Assembly (NCBI RefSeq): GCF_009914755.1
Contig: NC_060942.1
Strand: one strand, 5' to 3'
Length of the DNA stretch: 64,000 nucleotides
Origin: the human T2T-CHM13v2.0 reference genome, Homo sapiens
Within the stretch, counting starts at the first letter, position 1; every line of letters begins with the position of its first letter. The notes beneath the pieces are model-generated. The model did not search any database, had not been told where the DNA came from, and was given only the letters and a program-made list of their open reading frames with translations. Below are positions 34,285-49,192 of this stretch, piece by piece. The position numbers and the translations under genes are program-made.

Positions 34285-35619
34285 CTAGAAAATGCATTTG
34301 GTTTGCTAGTTTAGACCTGTACCTGGACTTGGCAAGGGCATCTGGAGTTTCTGCAGAAGTGACCGTCTCTGTCAACAATTCACAGATATGTTTTTTAGTA
34401 ACCTCTTGCTCTTTCCTCATCTTCAGATAAGTCACTTGAAATAAACCTGGGAACTTTATCTCTTCATTCAGTATCAGGGCAATGACTCTCAATTATCTGC
34501 TGACCTGGAGTTAAGGAGCTAGACAGGGAAGTCAGGTCTTTAATATAATTAACTCCGTTTTTGCCGGGCCATGAAAAGGAATTAAGAACAAAAAAGCCAC
34601 AGTGAGAACTGAAGAGGAGAGCGGGGCTGAAAAGGGGTGCCGAGTGAGCCACACTGTGATAGACTGAATGGAAAGGGTCTGGTTTACAAAGGAGAGCTTT
34701 GTCTTGAATTAACTCAGTGAGAGGAAGGCCACAGGGATGGTCTGTCCCCTGCAGTGCAGGGGCCTGAGGTTCCGGGAGGGAAAGTGATGAGATCAGGTAA
34801 CTAGGGAATAGCAGAGTGCGGCTGGAGCCTCCGTGCAGAGGTCTCCTTTACACCACATCCAGACACTTGTAGGGAGCTCCTTAATCTCTGTGGATGTCCA
34901 GCTGTTCTCTTGAGACATGGGCCTCTATGTCCACACCTTATGACTCTGCTGTCAGAAGAGTGTGTTGCTGGCCTCAGTGTGGGCACTGGCAGGTGGAGGA
35001 GGGGACACCACCACGGGGAGGCCAGCATCTGCCCCCTCGAACAGCAGCCTACCCTCCTTGTGCGCCTCCTTGGCTGAGGTCCTCCTGCTGCTTTGCAAAG
35101 AGCCCCAGCTTGCAGAGTGCCGCACATTCTCAGGCACCTGCTGTTCTCTTCTGTACCAGCTGGAGGCTTCAACTACATGATCCGTGATGCTCCAGAGAGG
35201 GTGGCTGGCCTTAGGCTCTGGGTGCCAGGCTTCCTGTGCTGGGAAGAGACCCTTTAAATCTCCCCACAGCCTTCTCTGACTCACCACATTGCTGCAGCCT
35301 CCCCCGGGTATGCAGAGGGAGGGCAAACAGCCAGCACTTACAGCAGCTGCTCTGAATCCTGCCCTGTGCTGGTCCTTCTGAGATATGGCAACTTTGAGGA
35401 GGACCAAAGCTCATATTATTTCTACTGAGAGAAAATGAAGTTCAGAGAGGTTGAGTAATTGATCACACAGCAAGTACTTGCAGGGGATGAGGGGAAAAGG
35501 CAAGATGTGATTTCAGTTCTATCAGATGCCAACACCACTTTCCGCAGCTTCATGCTGCCTCCTTCAAGTTCTCACTCCTCAAGCCTTTATTTAGCTGAGG
35601 CATTAACAAGAATTCAGTG

Positions 35620-35772
35620 CCTCTCCAACTTAAGAACGCATAGGAATCACTAGGGGATCTTGTTCCAATGCAGATTCCCAGGCAGCGGGTCTGGGGAGAG
35701 GCCCAGGCTGCATTTCTCACAAGCTCCCAGGTGATGCTGGAGCTCCTGCTCCACAGGACACACTGAGTAGCA
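35620..35772. mobile_element. MER5A-like hAT element
   Basis: GAATCACTAGGGGATCTTGTT..ATGCAGATTCCCAGG..CTGCATTTCTCACAAGCTCCCAGGTGATGCTG. Confidence 0.7.
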
Positions 35773-35985
35773 GGAGGCTCAGAGACCAGAGTGGCTGCAA
35801 GTCAGATAGGAAGCCTGGTGACATGTCACAGGCAAAAAGTGCCACCGTGAGCTGTGCTGAGGGACACACAGTGACTGGGTCAAAAGAGATGATGGTCCCT
35901 CTGCATCCTGCCCTGTTTCAGGATGCAGGGTCATCAACCATCGAGGTTCATCCAGAGAAGGTCTTAGGATGGCCAGAGGTCTTTA

Positions 35986-36460
<475 letters not shown>

Positions 36461-36851
36461 AAGAAAAGACCCACCTAATACTCAAAGCCCTCAAAGAATG
36501 GAAAGTGCCTCACCAAGTTAAGCTCGCTGCCTCTGGAGATGTTCATGCAGAAACTGAATCAACGCTGTTACTGACAGTAAAGACTGGATTTCTACTCTAG
36601 GTTAGTGCCCGAAATAAACAATCTCCCAAGCCTCTTTCAACTCTGATGGCCTATAATTCTAATGAGGACTCACATCCTGCCTTTAGAGAAAGAGCCTGGC
36701 CTAAGAGGAAACTTCTCTTATGCATCCCTATGAGCCAGGGTGATCCTAGCCCGTGGGTGCCTTTTACTCCTTGGCTCCCTGCCAGGAGAGACTTACTGCC
36801 TGAGTCTCTCCTGCCGCCAACTGGGAAAGTCAGGTCCATCATCACACTCAC

Positions 36852-36886
36852 CTGGTCCAGCCATCCTTCAGCGCCTGGGCACAGAG
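36852..36886 (-). CDS. ENOSF1: ENOSF1 exon 9
   Basis: ccacag| LCAQALKDGWT(R) |gtgagt. Confidence 0.94.
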
Positions 36887-37559
36887 CTGTGGGAAAGGAG
36901 CACAGGGTCACACACTGGAGAGAGCCCCTTGGTCTGACCAGGAAGTCAGTCATTGCTGATCTGTTTCACAAGCATTACGGTTATAGCATAGACCAGAGTA
37001 ACACCCATGTGTTGTTGAAATTAACAGCAGAAACAGCCTGGCTGACAGAGATCACTTTTTACTTGTAGGGTGACTTTCTTTCCTCATCTCTATGGGAACC
37101 ATTTTTTTAATGGTCACAACCTTCCCGGAAGGGGAAGATAGCACTGATCTCTCTCTTTTTAAAGCTAGAATATTCTGTGGCATCCATAGAATGAGTGGAT
37201 ATAAGAGTAACATGCAGAAGCCAGCCTCTCTCTCCACTCTCTAGAAGTGGGCACAGTGTAAGGAGAAACAGTAATAAATCCACCATGTGCCGACTGCATG
37301 CCATGTGCCAGCCATGGTGCCTTGAGCATGACGCAACTTACAGCATGTATCTGAATCCTCAAAACCACCCCATGAAATAGGCATTACTTCTCAATCTCGC
37401 AGTGGGTCTACCGCTGGTGCTGCCCAGGAATCTTACCCTAGGCTGTCACCTTCCAGAGCCCAAGGTGACTCACTAAGTCACAGAGTCCTGCGGTCCACAA
37501 AATGAATGGCTTTGCATTTGCTTGTGTACTTTCAGAACGAGGGCTTGGATCCAAAATAA

Positions 37560-37859
37560 TTTTTTTGTTGTTTTTTGAGACGGACTCTTGTTCTGTCACC
37601 CAGGTTGGAGTGCAGTGGCGTGATCTCGGCTCATTGCAACCCCTGCCTCCTGGGTTCAAGTGATTCTCCTGCCTCAGCCTCCTGAGTGGCTGGGACTACA
37701 GATACGCATTACCATGCCCAGATAATTTTTTGTATTTTTAGTAGAGACGGGGTTTCACCATGTTGGCCAGGCTGGTTTTGAACTTCTGACCTCAGGTGAT
37801 CCACCCACCTCAGCCTCCCAAAATGCTAGGATTATAGGCGTGAGCCACTGCCCTCAGCC
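37560..37859 (-). mobile_element. Alu
   Basis: Reverse dimer. Confidence 0.92.
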
Positions 37860-37927
37860 AAAATGATTTAGAGAGGTGAACAGGAAAGTATTAAATTTCT
37901 CCCAGAGAGGCTGGAATCAAAAGCCCA

Positions 37928-38795
37928 TGTGACATAAGAAGGAATATATATTTTGTCTCTGCCCCCATCGCTGCCCCCCTATTTCCTAACACACAACACA
38001 CAGCCCCTAAAACCCTTGGCATCTCCTGAGTGATAGGAGTGTCTTTTGTACGTGAATGAGAGAGCCCTGCTGAGGTCCCCTACGTAGCTTCAGGACGGGG
38101 CTGGGGACCAGAAAGACCTGAAAGGCATGATTGTGGGGTTGGAAACTTTAGCCTATTCCCAGATAGCTGGGGAGGCGAGGGGGCTGAAGGCTGAATTGAT
38201 GGCCAATGGCCAAATAATGAATCACATCTAAATACTGAAGCCTCCATAAAACCCCCAAGGAACAGGGTTCAGAGAGCTTCCAGGTTGGTGAACACGTGGA
38301 GGTACTGGGAGTGTGGCTCACCTGGAGGGGACATGGAAGCTCTGTACCCCCTCCTCACACCTTGCCCTGTGTGTCTCTTCAGTTTGGCTGTTCTTAAGTT
38401 GCATCCTTTATAATAAATGAGTAAACATAAGTAGTGTTTCCCTGAATTCCGTGAGCCATTCCACCAAATGATTCAACTCAAAGCGGGGTTTGTGGGAACC
38501 TCTAATCGGAGGCAAAGCCAGTCAGAAGCACAGGTGACAACGTGGACTTGTGACTGGCATCTGCCATAGGGCAGCCCTGTAAGACTGAGCCCTTAACCTG
38601 TGGGGTCTGAGGCTAGTTCCAGGTATGTGCTGTCAGAATTGAGTAAAATAGCAGGACACCCAGTTGGTGTCCACAGAGAAGTGGAGAACTGGTTGGCGTG
38701 AGAAGGAAAACCATACACATCTGGTGTCAGAAGTGAGGTACTGAGAGTAGTGGTATGAGGACAGAAGGAAAAACAGGTTGGTTTCTCCCCATTCA
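37928..38795 (+). mobile_element. MER21-like LTR, ending about 30 bp from the ENOSF1 exon 8 donor
   Basis: TGTGACATAAGAAGGAATATATATTTTGTCTCTGCCCC..AAAACCCTTGG..CAGGACACCCAGTTGGTGTCC. Confidence 0.75.
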
Positions 38796-38826
38796 GCTGT
38801 CTACAAAGCCAGGTTAAAATGCCCAC

Positions 38827-38909
38827 CTGCTTCAACGTGTCATCTGAGTACCCCAGCCAGGCGCACGATGTCGTGTAAGCAGGGTATCCTTGTGCCAGCA
38901 TTTGCTTCT
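38827..38909 (-). CDS. ENOSF1: ENOSF1 exon 8
   Basis: tcacag| (E)KQMLAQGYPAYTTSCAWLGYSDDTLKQ |gtgggc. Confidence 0.96.
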
Positions 38910-39345
38910 CTGTGAAAACACAGCGCCGTCAACATTTTGCACTTTCCAGGGCCCTTCGGAATTGGAAGTGCCTGTAGCTAAGCTGTTTCCCCTGGAGAGT
39001 CCAGCTGTTCTCCTGATCCGGCCCTGCACACACACACCCAGCCACAAATTACTAGGATGTCAAACCCAGGTGATCAGGATACTCTCATGGACTGCCCTGC
39101 TCCCCCAGGGCTCTCCCTACAGTGTAATCCTAAAGCCAAACTTCCTTTCAGCAGTGGCTGAAGCAAACTCTGCAGTCAGAGGTCATACCCAGCAGGCTTC
39201 ACCATGCAGACTTGAATGTTGATTTGAGGGCCTAGCTGCTCAGCACAGGGCATTTGGGAAGACAATGTGTACCCCAAAAGGACAGGGGCACTCAAAAGTG
39301 GACAATGTTAGCAAAAACAATGAAGAAAATTTTCTTACAACCCAC

Positions 39346-39384
39346 CTCTTTCTTTTTTACCAATTTGACCTTTCTGCAGTATTT
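39346..39384 (-). CDS. ENOSF1: ENOSF1 exon 7
   Basis: ttccag| (E)ILQKGQIGKKER |gtgggt. Confidence 0.94.
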
Positions 39385-39481
39385 CTGGAAGAAATAAAAA
39401 GCATCACTCACTCTTTTAGGAAACAAAGCATGCCACTACTGTGTGTGCACATCGTGTATCCCAGAAAGCTTCCAAACTCAC

Positions 39482-39554
39482 CTAGGGCATCCTCCTCAGT
39501 CAGGACATCAGTGATGTACCTGAAATCTATGCAGGATACCAGCGTCCTGGGATC
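39482..39554 (-). CDS. ENOSF1: ENOSF1 exon 6
   Basis: tgccag| DPRTLVSCIDFRYITDVLTEEDAL |gtgagt. Confidence 0.96.
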
Positions 39555-39633
39555 CTGGCAACGTGACAGGAGGGGAAGAGGCCTGAATCAATTATAAGGT
39601 GGGTTATATTTTGTTTTTTAAAATTTATTATTC

Positions 39634-39910
<277 letters not shown>

Positions 39911-40602
39911 TATGTTTCTAAGAAGTTGCTTATGGTGATACATGGGGCTCATTCTTTCCTGGCAGGGACCTTTAGGGCTTTGTTAAATTGTTTGACTCTG
40001 TCATTCCTAAATGTAGAGTCCTTTAGAGGCTCCTCACTGCCCCTGACGAAGCCCTCAGACGCTCATGCTCTGATCCCTTGCCACCCGCCCCCACCCTGTT
40101 CTTTCCAGCTAAAATGACTTCCCGGAAGGAGGACCTGGCCCCAGGCAAACACTCAGCAGGAGCTCAGCGGGGAGATGAACGCCTGGCATCACTCTGTACA
40201 TCAGCGCCACACCGCAGGGCTGTCCACGGTGAGCTATGAGGCTGGAGATGGTTCTGGAGCAGTGAACTGCAGAGGAAAGAAGGCTGCCCTACCCCTGGGC
40301 CACCAATCACTAGCAGTGTGACCTCCGGCAGCTTCTTCTCCTGCCAAATGGGGATGTTTACTTCACTGACAGGAACACAGTGGGTGAACCGGGAGCGAGC
40401 GGCCCACTTGGCTGACCACTTACCAACATCTCGGCGGGGCCTCGTGCTGAGACCTCTCCCCACCCTGACGGAACAGTCAGTTGGAAAACAGCCAGTAGTT
40501 CCATTCCCACTAACAACTTATAGTGACCAATAATACTCTACCATAACTGTCGAAAATCCTAAAAACTCTTTCAACCCTGAGATTCTACTTCTAAGAGTTC
40601 TG

Positions 40603-40910
40603 GGCCAGGTTCGGTGGCTCACATCTGTAATCCCAGCACTTTGGGAGGCTGAGATGGGTGGATCACCTGAGGTCCGGAGTTCGAGCTCAGACTGACCAAC
40701 ATGGTGAAACCCCGTTTTCACTAAAAATACAAAAAATTAGCTGGGCATGGTGGCGGGTGCCTGTAATCCCAGCTACTCAGGAGGCTGAGACAGGAGAATC
40801 GCTTGAATCAGTTGCAGTGAGCTGAGATCATGCCACTGTACTGTAGCCTGGGCAACAAGAAGAAAACTCCGTCTAAAAAAAAAAAAAAGAAAGAAAGAAA
40901 AAAAGAAAAA
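40603..40910 (+). mobile_element. Alu
   Basis: Dimer with small internal deletion. Confidence 0.9.
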
Positions 40911-42154
40911 AGAGTACTGGCATTGAAAGGGAACAGGATCCAAAAATGGAGGGTCCACAGGTGGGACCTCAGGCACATTTCTGGTGGCCTGCAAATCATT
41001 CCCTTTTGGTGGCTACCTCCTCCATCCCCGTAAAACGCCAACCTTGAATCTAGAAGGGGGCTCAAGAGCTCTGTGTCCTTCCCCTACGGATGGCCCGGAA
41101 GCCACTCTCCATGTCAGAGACGATGTGACAGCCTCCTGTCTTCACTTTCCTCCGGAGGAGGAGCAGTCTCCTGCCCAACACTCTTCAAGGCCATGGTGTT
41201 CTTTGTTTTTCCTTAATTTTTTGCCAACTAATAACAAGGGCCTTCATTTGTGGATCACGAGGTTTTTAACCGCCACCCAGGTGTTGCACTGAGGCCACCG
41301 CAGCTCAGAGTGGGGAAGTCACATGCTCAAGGTCATGCAGCTGGTGAGCAGTGAAACCCGGACTCACAGCCAGCTCTGCATGGGGTCTGAAGCTCATTCC
41401 CCTTTAATTTGCCCAGTTTTTTCCTCCTCAGCATCCAGTTGTTCACCCCTGCTATGAAAAGGTCAAGGAGAAAGAAAACAGTCAAGTGCATAGCTTTAGA
41501 ATTCAGTGTTGAGCTCCTTCCCTGCTGGAATTGTACAGTAGCGGCTACAATGGCCTGTTCTTATTCTTGGTGTCAAAGTGACTGGATAGTATCTTTTCTT
41601 TTTTCTTTTTTTGAGACAGGGTCTTGCTCTGTCACCTGAGTGCAGTGGTGCAATTATAGCTCACTGCAGCCTGAAACTCCTGGGCTCAAGCCATCCTCCA
41701 GCCTTCCAAAGTATTGGGATTACAGGCTTGAGCCACCATGCCTGGCCTGGATAATATCTTCATAATATTATAACATCTGGCTTTTCAGAGTTTATGAGGT
41801 GCTTTTCTCATTGATCTTTAATTTTGTGAGGTTCCTAGAGAAGTTAGGATGATCCTCTTGTCATAGTCAGGCAATGGAGGCTCAGAGAACTGGCACCGTG
41901 TGTTACACATGCACAGTGGGGGAGGCAGGACCCCCTCACTGCTTCCCCTCATGCCACCCTGCCTGCATGAGCACAGCCATCTGTTACGTCAGATATCAGA
42001 AAAGGAATGTCATATTTTATTGGCTTTTTGCTTTATCATTGCTATAGTGATCAACAGATAGTCCTGAATATATTTACTGATCATCAAAAGGCATGTCATC
42101 CATGATATCCATTTCATTTACAGAAACAATTGTAACATTAACAATGCTACTCAC

Positions 42155-42181
42155 CATGTCCACAAGTAACTTCCAGACAGG
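42155..42181 (-). CDS. ENOSF1: ENOSF1 exon 5 (27-nt microexon)
   Basis: ttcaag| PVWKLLVDM |gtgagt. Confidence 0.93.
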
Positions 42182-42518
42182 CTTGAAGTAAAAAAGAAAG
42201 GATTTGTAAGACATATGTGTAAAGTCCCCATTTTTTCCTGACAGTAAACGCGTTGGCAGCTAATGCTGGCTGTCAGCCACCAGGTCCCCACACCCCCCTC
42301 TACTGCTGCCTGCGCCTTCCGCCATCCTGTCTCCTCTTTCTCCTCCTCCTGCAGTTCCCTACCTACTGCCAAAACCTCTCAGAGGAGAAAAAAACACCAA
42401 AGCAATTATCTGTATTTCCTTTTGGGGGCTGCAGTGTGTCTGTCTTTCCTCTGTGCGTAGGGAAAGTCAGTGTCGTGCAGCTCCCAGGAGCCTCCTGAGC
42501 GTTTGTGAGAGGGGTTAC

Positions 42519-42605
42519 CTTTCCCTCCTGCTTGGCCCACAAGTCCCACACCGCGTTTAGGACGGCCGCTGTCGCCAGGTGCACCACGCCCTTTTCTGGA
42601 CCAAT
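42519..42605 (-). CDS. ENOSF1: ENOSF1 exon 4
   Basis: aaccag| [29 protein letters not shown] |gtaacc. Confidence 0.97.
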
Positions 42606-42652
42606 CTGGTTAGGAAGCAAAGTACAAAAGCACTTTTTAGAAATGAAAAAGA

Positions 42653-42915
42653 GGGCTGGGTGTGATGGCTCATGCCTGTAAACCCAGGACTTTGGGACCA
42701 AGACCAGCCTGGCCAACATGGTGAAACCCCGTCTCTACTGAAAACAGAGAAATGAGCCAGGTGTGGTGGTTTGTGCCTGTAGTCCCTACTCAGGAGGCTG
42801 AGGCAAGAAGATCTCTCGAACCCAGAAGGCGGAGGTTGCAGTGAGCCAAGATCGCACCACTACACTCCAGCCTGGGCAACAGAGCAAGACTCTGTCTCAA
42901 AAAAAAAAAAAAAGA
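42653..42915 (+). mobile_element. Alu with left-arm deletion
   Basis: Alu consensus, about 30 bp missing. Confidence 0.88.
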
Positions 42916-43149
42916 GAGAGAGAGAAAGATATTTAGGTCTTCCGTCCAAGGACACATCTCAAGAATTAAAAGGCAGCAATAGAAACCCACCTAAAGGTTA
43001 AGTTTAAAAAAAACAGTTGCTAACCTATTGAAGAGTTTTAAGAATAGCAGGAAAAACACCTGTGTTTTCCTCTCTTCTTTCTCTCTCTCTCTCTATATAT
43101 ATGTTAAGTATATGTATGTATATACATATGAACACACACACATATGTAC

Positions 43150-43860
43150 TTCTTTTTTCTGAACCATTTGAATAAAGTTGCAAATATCATGCTCTCTTAA
43201 CCCTAAATACATCAGTGTATAGTTCCTGAAAACAAGGATATTTTCTTACATAACCGTAGTACAATAATCACACTCAGGGAATATAACATTGATAGAATAT
43301 TGCTATCTAAAGGCCAGTCCATAATCAAATGTCACCAGTTTTTTCCAATAATGTATTTTATTTTACCCTAATCCATATCCCATCTGGGATCACGTATTAC
43401 ATTTAGTCGCCATGCCTCTTTAGTCTCTTTTTACCTGGAATAATTTTTCTTCTTCTTTTTTAAATGTTATTAGCATTTTAAAAGAGTACAGGCCACTTGA
43501 TTTGTACAGCATTCCTCAATCTGGGCTGATCTGGAGTTCCTTCATGACTAGATTCAGGTAATACATTTTTTGGCATCAATACTACATAAGTGATTATGTC
43601 ATTTTGTTTTATTATTAGGATTGTTAACTTTTACCACTTGGATAACTTAGTGTCCATTTGCTTTCTCCACTGTGAAGTTACCATTTCATTTTCCAAGTAA
43701 GGAGGTTATTATTGTCCCAAAATTTGGGCATCCCTTGATGACTCTTGCCTCAATTAATTGTAGCTATGACAGTTATGGTGATTTTCTGATGTTATCATTC
43801 CTTTTATATTTATTAGATTTTAATCAGCTGTAATGGTGGGCTTGACCTTGTTGTTTATTA
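43150..43860 (-). mobile_element. Ancient L1ME-like fragments
   Basis: AT-rich, CTGAACCATTTGA..CCCTAAATACATCAGTGT..AACAAGGATATTTTCTTACATAACC typical of L1ME 3' ends. Confidence 0.55.
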
Positions 43861-44428
43861 CCTCCTTAAAAATTTTTTATTTTATTATTTTTATTTTTAA
43901 AAAGTACAGACGGGGGTCTCAACTATGCTGCCCAGGCTGGTCTTGAACTCCTGGCCTTAAGTGATTCTCCTGCTTCAGCCCCAAGGTGCTGGGATTATAG
44001 GCGTGAGCTACTGTGCCCAGCTGATTGTTCATTATCTGAATGGACTCATGGATTTTATTCAATGGGTTATAAGCCATTACTATCATATTTATTTGGATGT
44101 TCAAATTGTCCCAGATTCAGCCAATGGGAACTTCTTCAAGGTGACATCTTTCAAGGTAAGTTTAATATTCTCTGTATAAAGTAAAAGATGAAATCCCAGG
44201 CACTATTGAAAGTACATTCTCTTGTGCCCTTCTCAGTGCATGGATGGGAGACTAAGCCGGGTTAGGAAAAGACAAAATCCAGTATCACGGGACAAAGGCA
44301 AAGGTCAGGGTATTGAATTCACCTTATTGTGTTGGAATCCTTTCTCCAGAGCCTAACTTTTTCATGCCTTGAATTTATAGTTCAAATACCAAACACATAA
44401 AAGGTACCATGGTCTTCCATCTTTTTAA

Positions 44429-44786
<358 letters not shown>

Positions 44787-44887
44787 TGACCTTCTCTTAC
44801 ATCTCTAATACTACTCACATTATTTCTCCATAAAGAGATTGCCCATTTAGTACTTTATCCTCTAGAGCACTTTCCAATTCAGGGAGG

Positions 44888-45087
44888 AGGAGATGAGGTC
44901 CTTAGAGAAGAGATAGCTCTCAGGACCCAAATCTCAGGACCTCATCTCCTTAGTAGAACATTTTATTCAGCTAAATTCGGTCTTGAGTCATTTAGATCAT
45001 CAGTCTTACAGAAATGAGTTGTTCACCTCAAAATACTGATGATCTAAATGACTCAAGCCTGAATTTAACTGAATAAAATGTTTTACT
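44888..45087. repeat. Two adjacent inverted repeats (15-bp perfect; 48-bp near-perfect)
   Basis: 44888-44902 pairs with 44936-44950; 44957-45004 pairs with 45035-45082 (45/48). Confidence 0.92.
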
Positions 45088-45110
45088 TTAAAATTATAAA
45101 CACATCTCTA

Positions 45111-45421
45111 GGATGGGCATGGTGGCTCACACCTGTAATCCCAGCACTTTGGGAGGCTGAGGAAGGCGGATCACTTGAGGTCAGGAGTTCGAGACCAGCC
45201 TGGCCAACGTGGTCAAACCCCATCTCTACTAAAATTACAAACATTAGCCAGGTGTGCTAGTGCATGCCTGTAGTCCCAGCTACTCAGGAGGCTGAAGCAG
45301 GAGAACTGTTTGAACCCAGGAGGCGGAGGTTGCAGTGAGCCGAGATTGCATCACTGCACTCCAACGTGGGTGACAGAGTGAGACTCCATCTCAAAAAATA
45401 AATAAATAAACAAATAAATAA
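45111..45421 (+). mobile_element. Alu
   Basis: Dimer with (TAAA)n tail. Confidence 0.92.
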
Positions 45422-45515
45422 ACCCATCTCTATTTTCACATTCGTTGCACTCAAAGGACATCTCAGACCTTGGTAATATTACTTATGTAAGCATTTTACA
45501 AAATAGGTCCCTTAC

Positions 45516-45631
45516 CCATCTGAGCTGCCCATCACTTGTGAGCTGCCTATAGAAGCCTCTGAAGTCACCAACAATGTCCTTGAGGTCCTTGTTGAGCACA
45601 TGGTGGGCGAGGGCATTCACAGCACAGACAA
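45516..45631 (-). CDS. ENOSF1: ENOSF1 exon 3
   Basis: aaatag| (V)VCAVNALAHHVLNKDLKDIVGDFRGFYRQLTSDGQLRW |gtaagg. Confidence 0.96.
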
Positions 45632-45742
45632 CTATTTAAAAAGGATTGAACTCGTTTATGCTTCTATACTAGGTCAAGAAATTAGCACCTGAAAACATCA
45701 CAAACAAACAAATGTGAAAGTTTTATGAAAAAATTAAATCTA

Positions 45743-46028
<286 letters not shown>

Positions 46029-46044
46029 GGTATATTCTTTTTAA

Positions 46045-46437
<393 letters not shown>

Positions 46438-46899
46438 TAAACTTCCTGAGTAGAGAACACATTGTGATTGGCTGTCACATGAAAAACAGAATCATAGATT
46501 GACAAGTTTAAATATAAATGTTCCCAAATTATTTTCCTATTCACTTTGTAAAGTGTTTGAACAATCAGATTCAAAACCAAACCACGCTAGTTCATGTTCC
46601 TAAGGAATAAGAAGGCTGACTTCATAGAATTTTTAAAAGGAGAAATGCCTTTTCATTATTGACAAGTATAGAAAATGCCTTGAATTCATAACATAAACTA
46701 TTAAACATTAAATAAAATGAATTTGCAATTAGCATACTATTTATATGTAAAATGTTAAAATATATGAAAACACTGTCTTAACATGAAATTTCTTACTATT
46801 GACTTTCTTATGATATACTACATTTTTCATAAGTAATTTGAAGGTTAAATTTAATTTGGGTCAGCATTACCATCAATTATTTATTTTTGGTACCTTTAA

Positions 46900-47786
46900 T
46901 TATTATTATTATTTTTTAGAGACAGGGTTTCACTCTGTCACCCAGCCTGGAGTGCAGTGGCGGGATCTAGGCTCATTGCAATCTCTGCGTCCTGGGCTCA
47001 AGTGATCCTTCCACCTCCGCCTCCTGAGTAGCTGAGACCACAGGCTTGAGCTGCCATGCCCAGCTAATTTCTTGTATTTTTGGTAGAGACAGGGTTTCAC
47101 CATGCTTCCCAGGCTGGTCTCGAGCTCCTGAGCTCAAGTGATACACCTGCCTCGGCCACCAAAATTGCTGGGATTACAGGCCTGAGACACTGCACCCAGC
47201 ACCTCACTGTAATCTTGAATGCCTAGCCTCAAGCAATCTTTTTGTCTCAGCCTCCTGAGTAGCTAGGACCTACACGCAACACCACACCAGCTAATTTTTA
47301 AATTTTTTGTAGTGACAAGGTCTTGCTATGTTGCATGGGGCAGTGGGTGGGGAGGTTCTGGAACTCTGGGCTCAAGCAATCCTCCCACCTCGGCCTCCTT
47401 AAGTGTTGGGATTACAGGTGTGAGCCACCATGTCCTGTGGTATTTTACTTTGAAAGGATTTCTTGGACCTGGCGCTCACTCCTGTAATGCCAGCACTTTG
47501 GGAGGCTGAGGTGGGTGGATCACTTGAGCTCAGGAATTTGAGACCAGCCTGGGCAGTGTGGCAAGACATCATCTCTACAAAAAATACAAAAATTAGCCGG
47601 TTGCGGTGGTGCGCCTGTGGTCCCCGCCTCTCGGGAGGCTGAGGTAGGAGGATCACTTGAGGTAGGAGGATCACTTTAGCTTTGGAGGCAGAGGTTGCAG
47701 TGAGCTGAGATTGTGCCACTGCACTCCAGCCTAGGTGACAGAGCTGGGCCCTGTCTCAAATAATAATAATAATAATAATAATATAA
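46900..47786. mobile_element. Alu cluster (two minus-strand, 46900-47435; one plus-strand, 47466-47786)
   Basis: Alu consensus segments. Confidence 0.85.
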
Positions 47787-48001
47787 AGGCTTTCTTGGGT
47801 TATTTAAGATGATGAATAAGTAAAGTAACCCTTTGATCCTTTGCCAATTCTAGGAAACATTTAGCCTACGTTGTGTAAATGGACACAATAATTGAATCAA
47901 GCCATCAACTTAGCTTCAAAGAAAGGAATGTATTCCAAAACGTTTTGATTAATTTGTTTGGTGCTGCCGTGGATTCAATAGTAAAAGTTTTTAGTCATTT
48001 A

Positions 48002-48372
<371 letters not shown>

Positions 48373-48878
48373 AGTGATGCCCCAAGCTTTTAGCACATGC
48401 CTGGCTAAGGGTGAAACAGCTCTCGGATGATTGCACACTTTAGGTCAGATGTAGCATTTAGGGCTGAACCAGCCATTCCAGGTTCTCTAGGGCTTTTGTT
48501 AATGGGATACACAATCATTCTGGTTCAGACATTCATTCCCTAGAATTGTGAGAAGACAGAGTCCTCCTCACTTCTTGAAGGTTGATGCTCTTGAATTAAA
48601 GAAAATCTGAAGTAAGTCAGTGACTCACAGTGAGGTACGTTATTATCGACACCAAACCACCGTCTCAAGGATTTGATTGTTGCTATAAATCATTGACTGA
48701 AGCATACCTCTGGTTCATGTCACAATACCAAATGCACTTAACAAAAGCTAAGGATGATCTCATTTTTATGACTCTCAGAGTGCACAAGCAGCACTTATGT
48801 ATTCATCTACAGTGTATGGATTTTTCTTGCTCAACAGGAGACTAGAATTTGTCGCATTCAATAGAAATTTGGGTTGTG

Positions 48879-49192
48879 AGGCCAGGCACGGTGGCTCATG
48901 CCTGTAATCCCAGCACTTTGGGAGGCTGAGGCGGGCGGATCACCTGAGGTCAGGAGTATGAGACCAACCTGATCAACATGGTGAAACCCTGTCTCTACTA
49001 AAAATACAAAAATTAGCTGGGTGTGGTGGCACATGCCTGTAATCCCAGCTACTTGTGGGGGCTGAGGTATGAGAATCGCTTGAACCTGGGAGGCAGAGGT
49101 TGCAGTGAGCCAGCCAAGATCACGCCATCGCACTCCAGTCTGGGCGACAAGAGCAAAACTCTGCCTCAAAAAAAAAAAAAAAAAAAAAAAAA
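48879..49192 (+). mobile_element. Alu
   Basis: Dimer, poly(A) tail. Confidence 0.92.
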
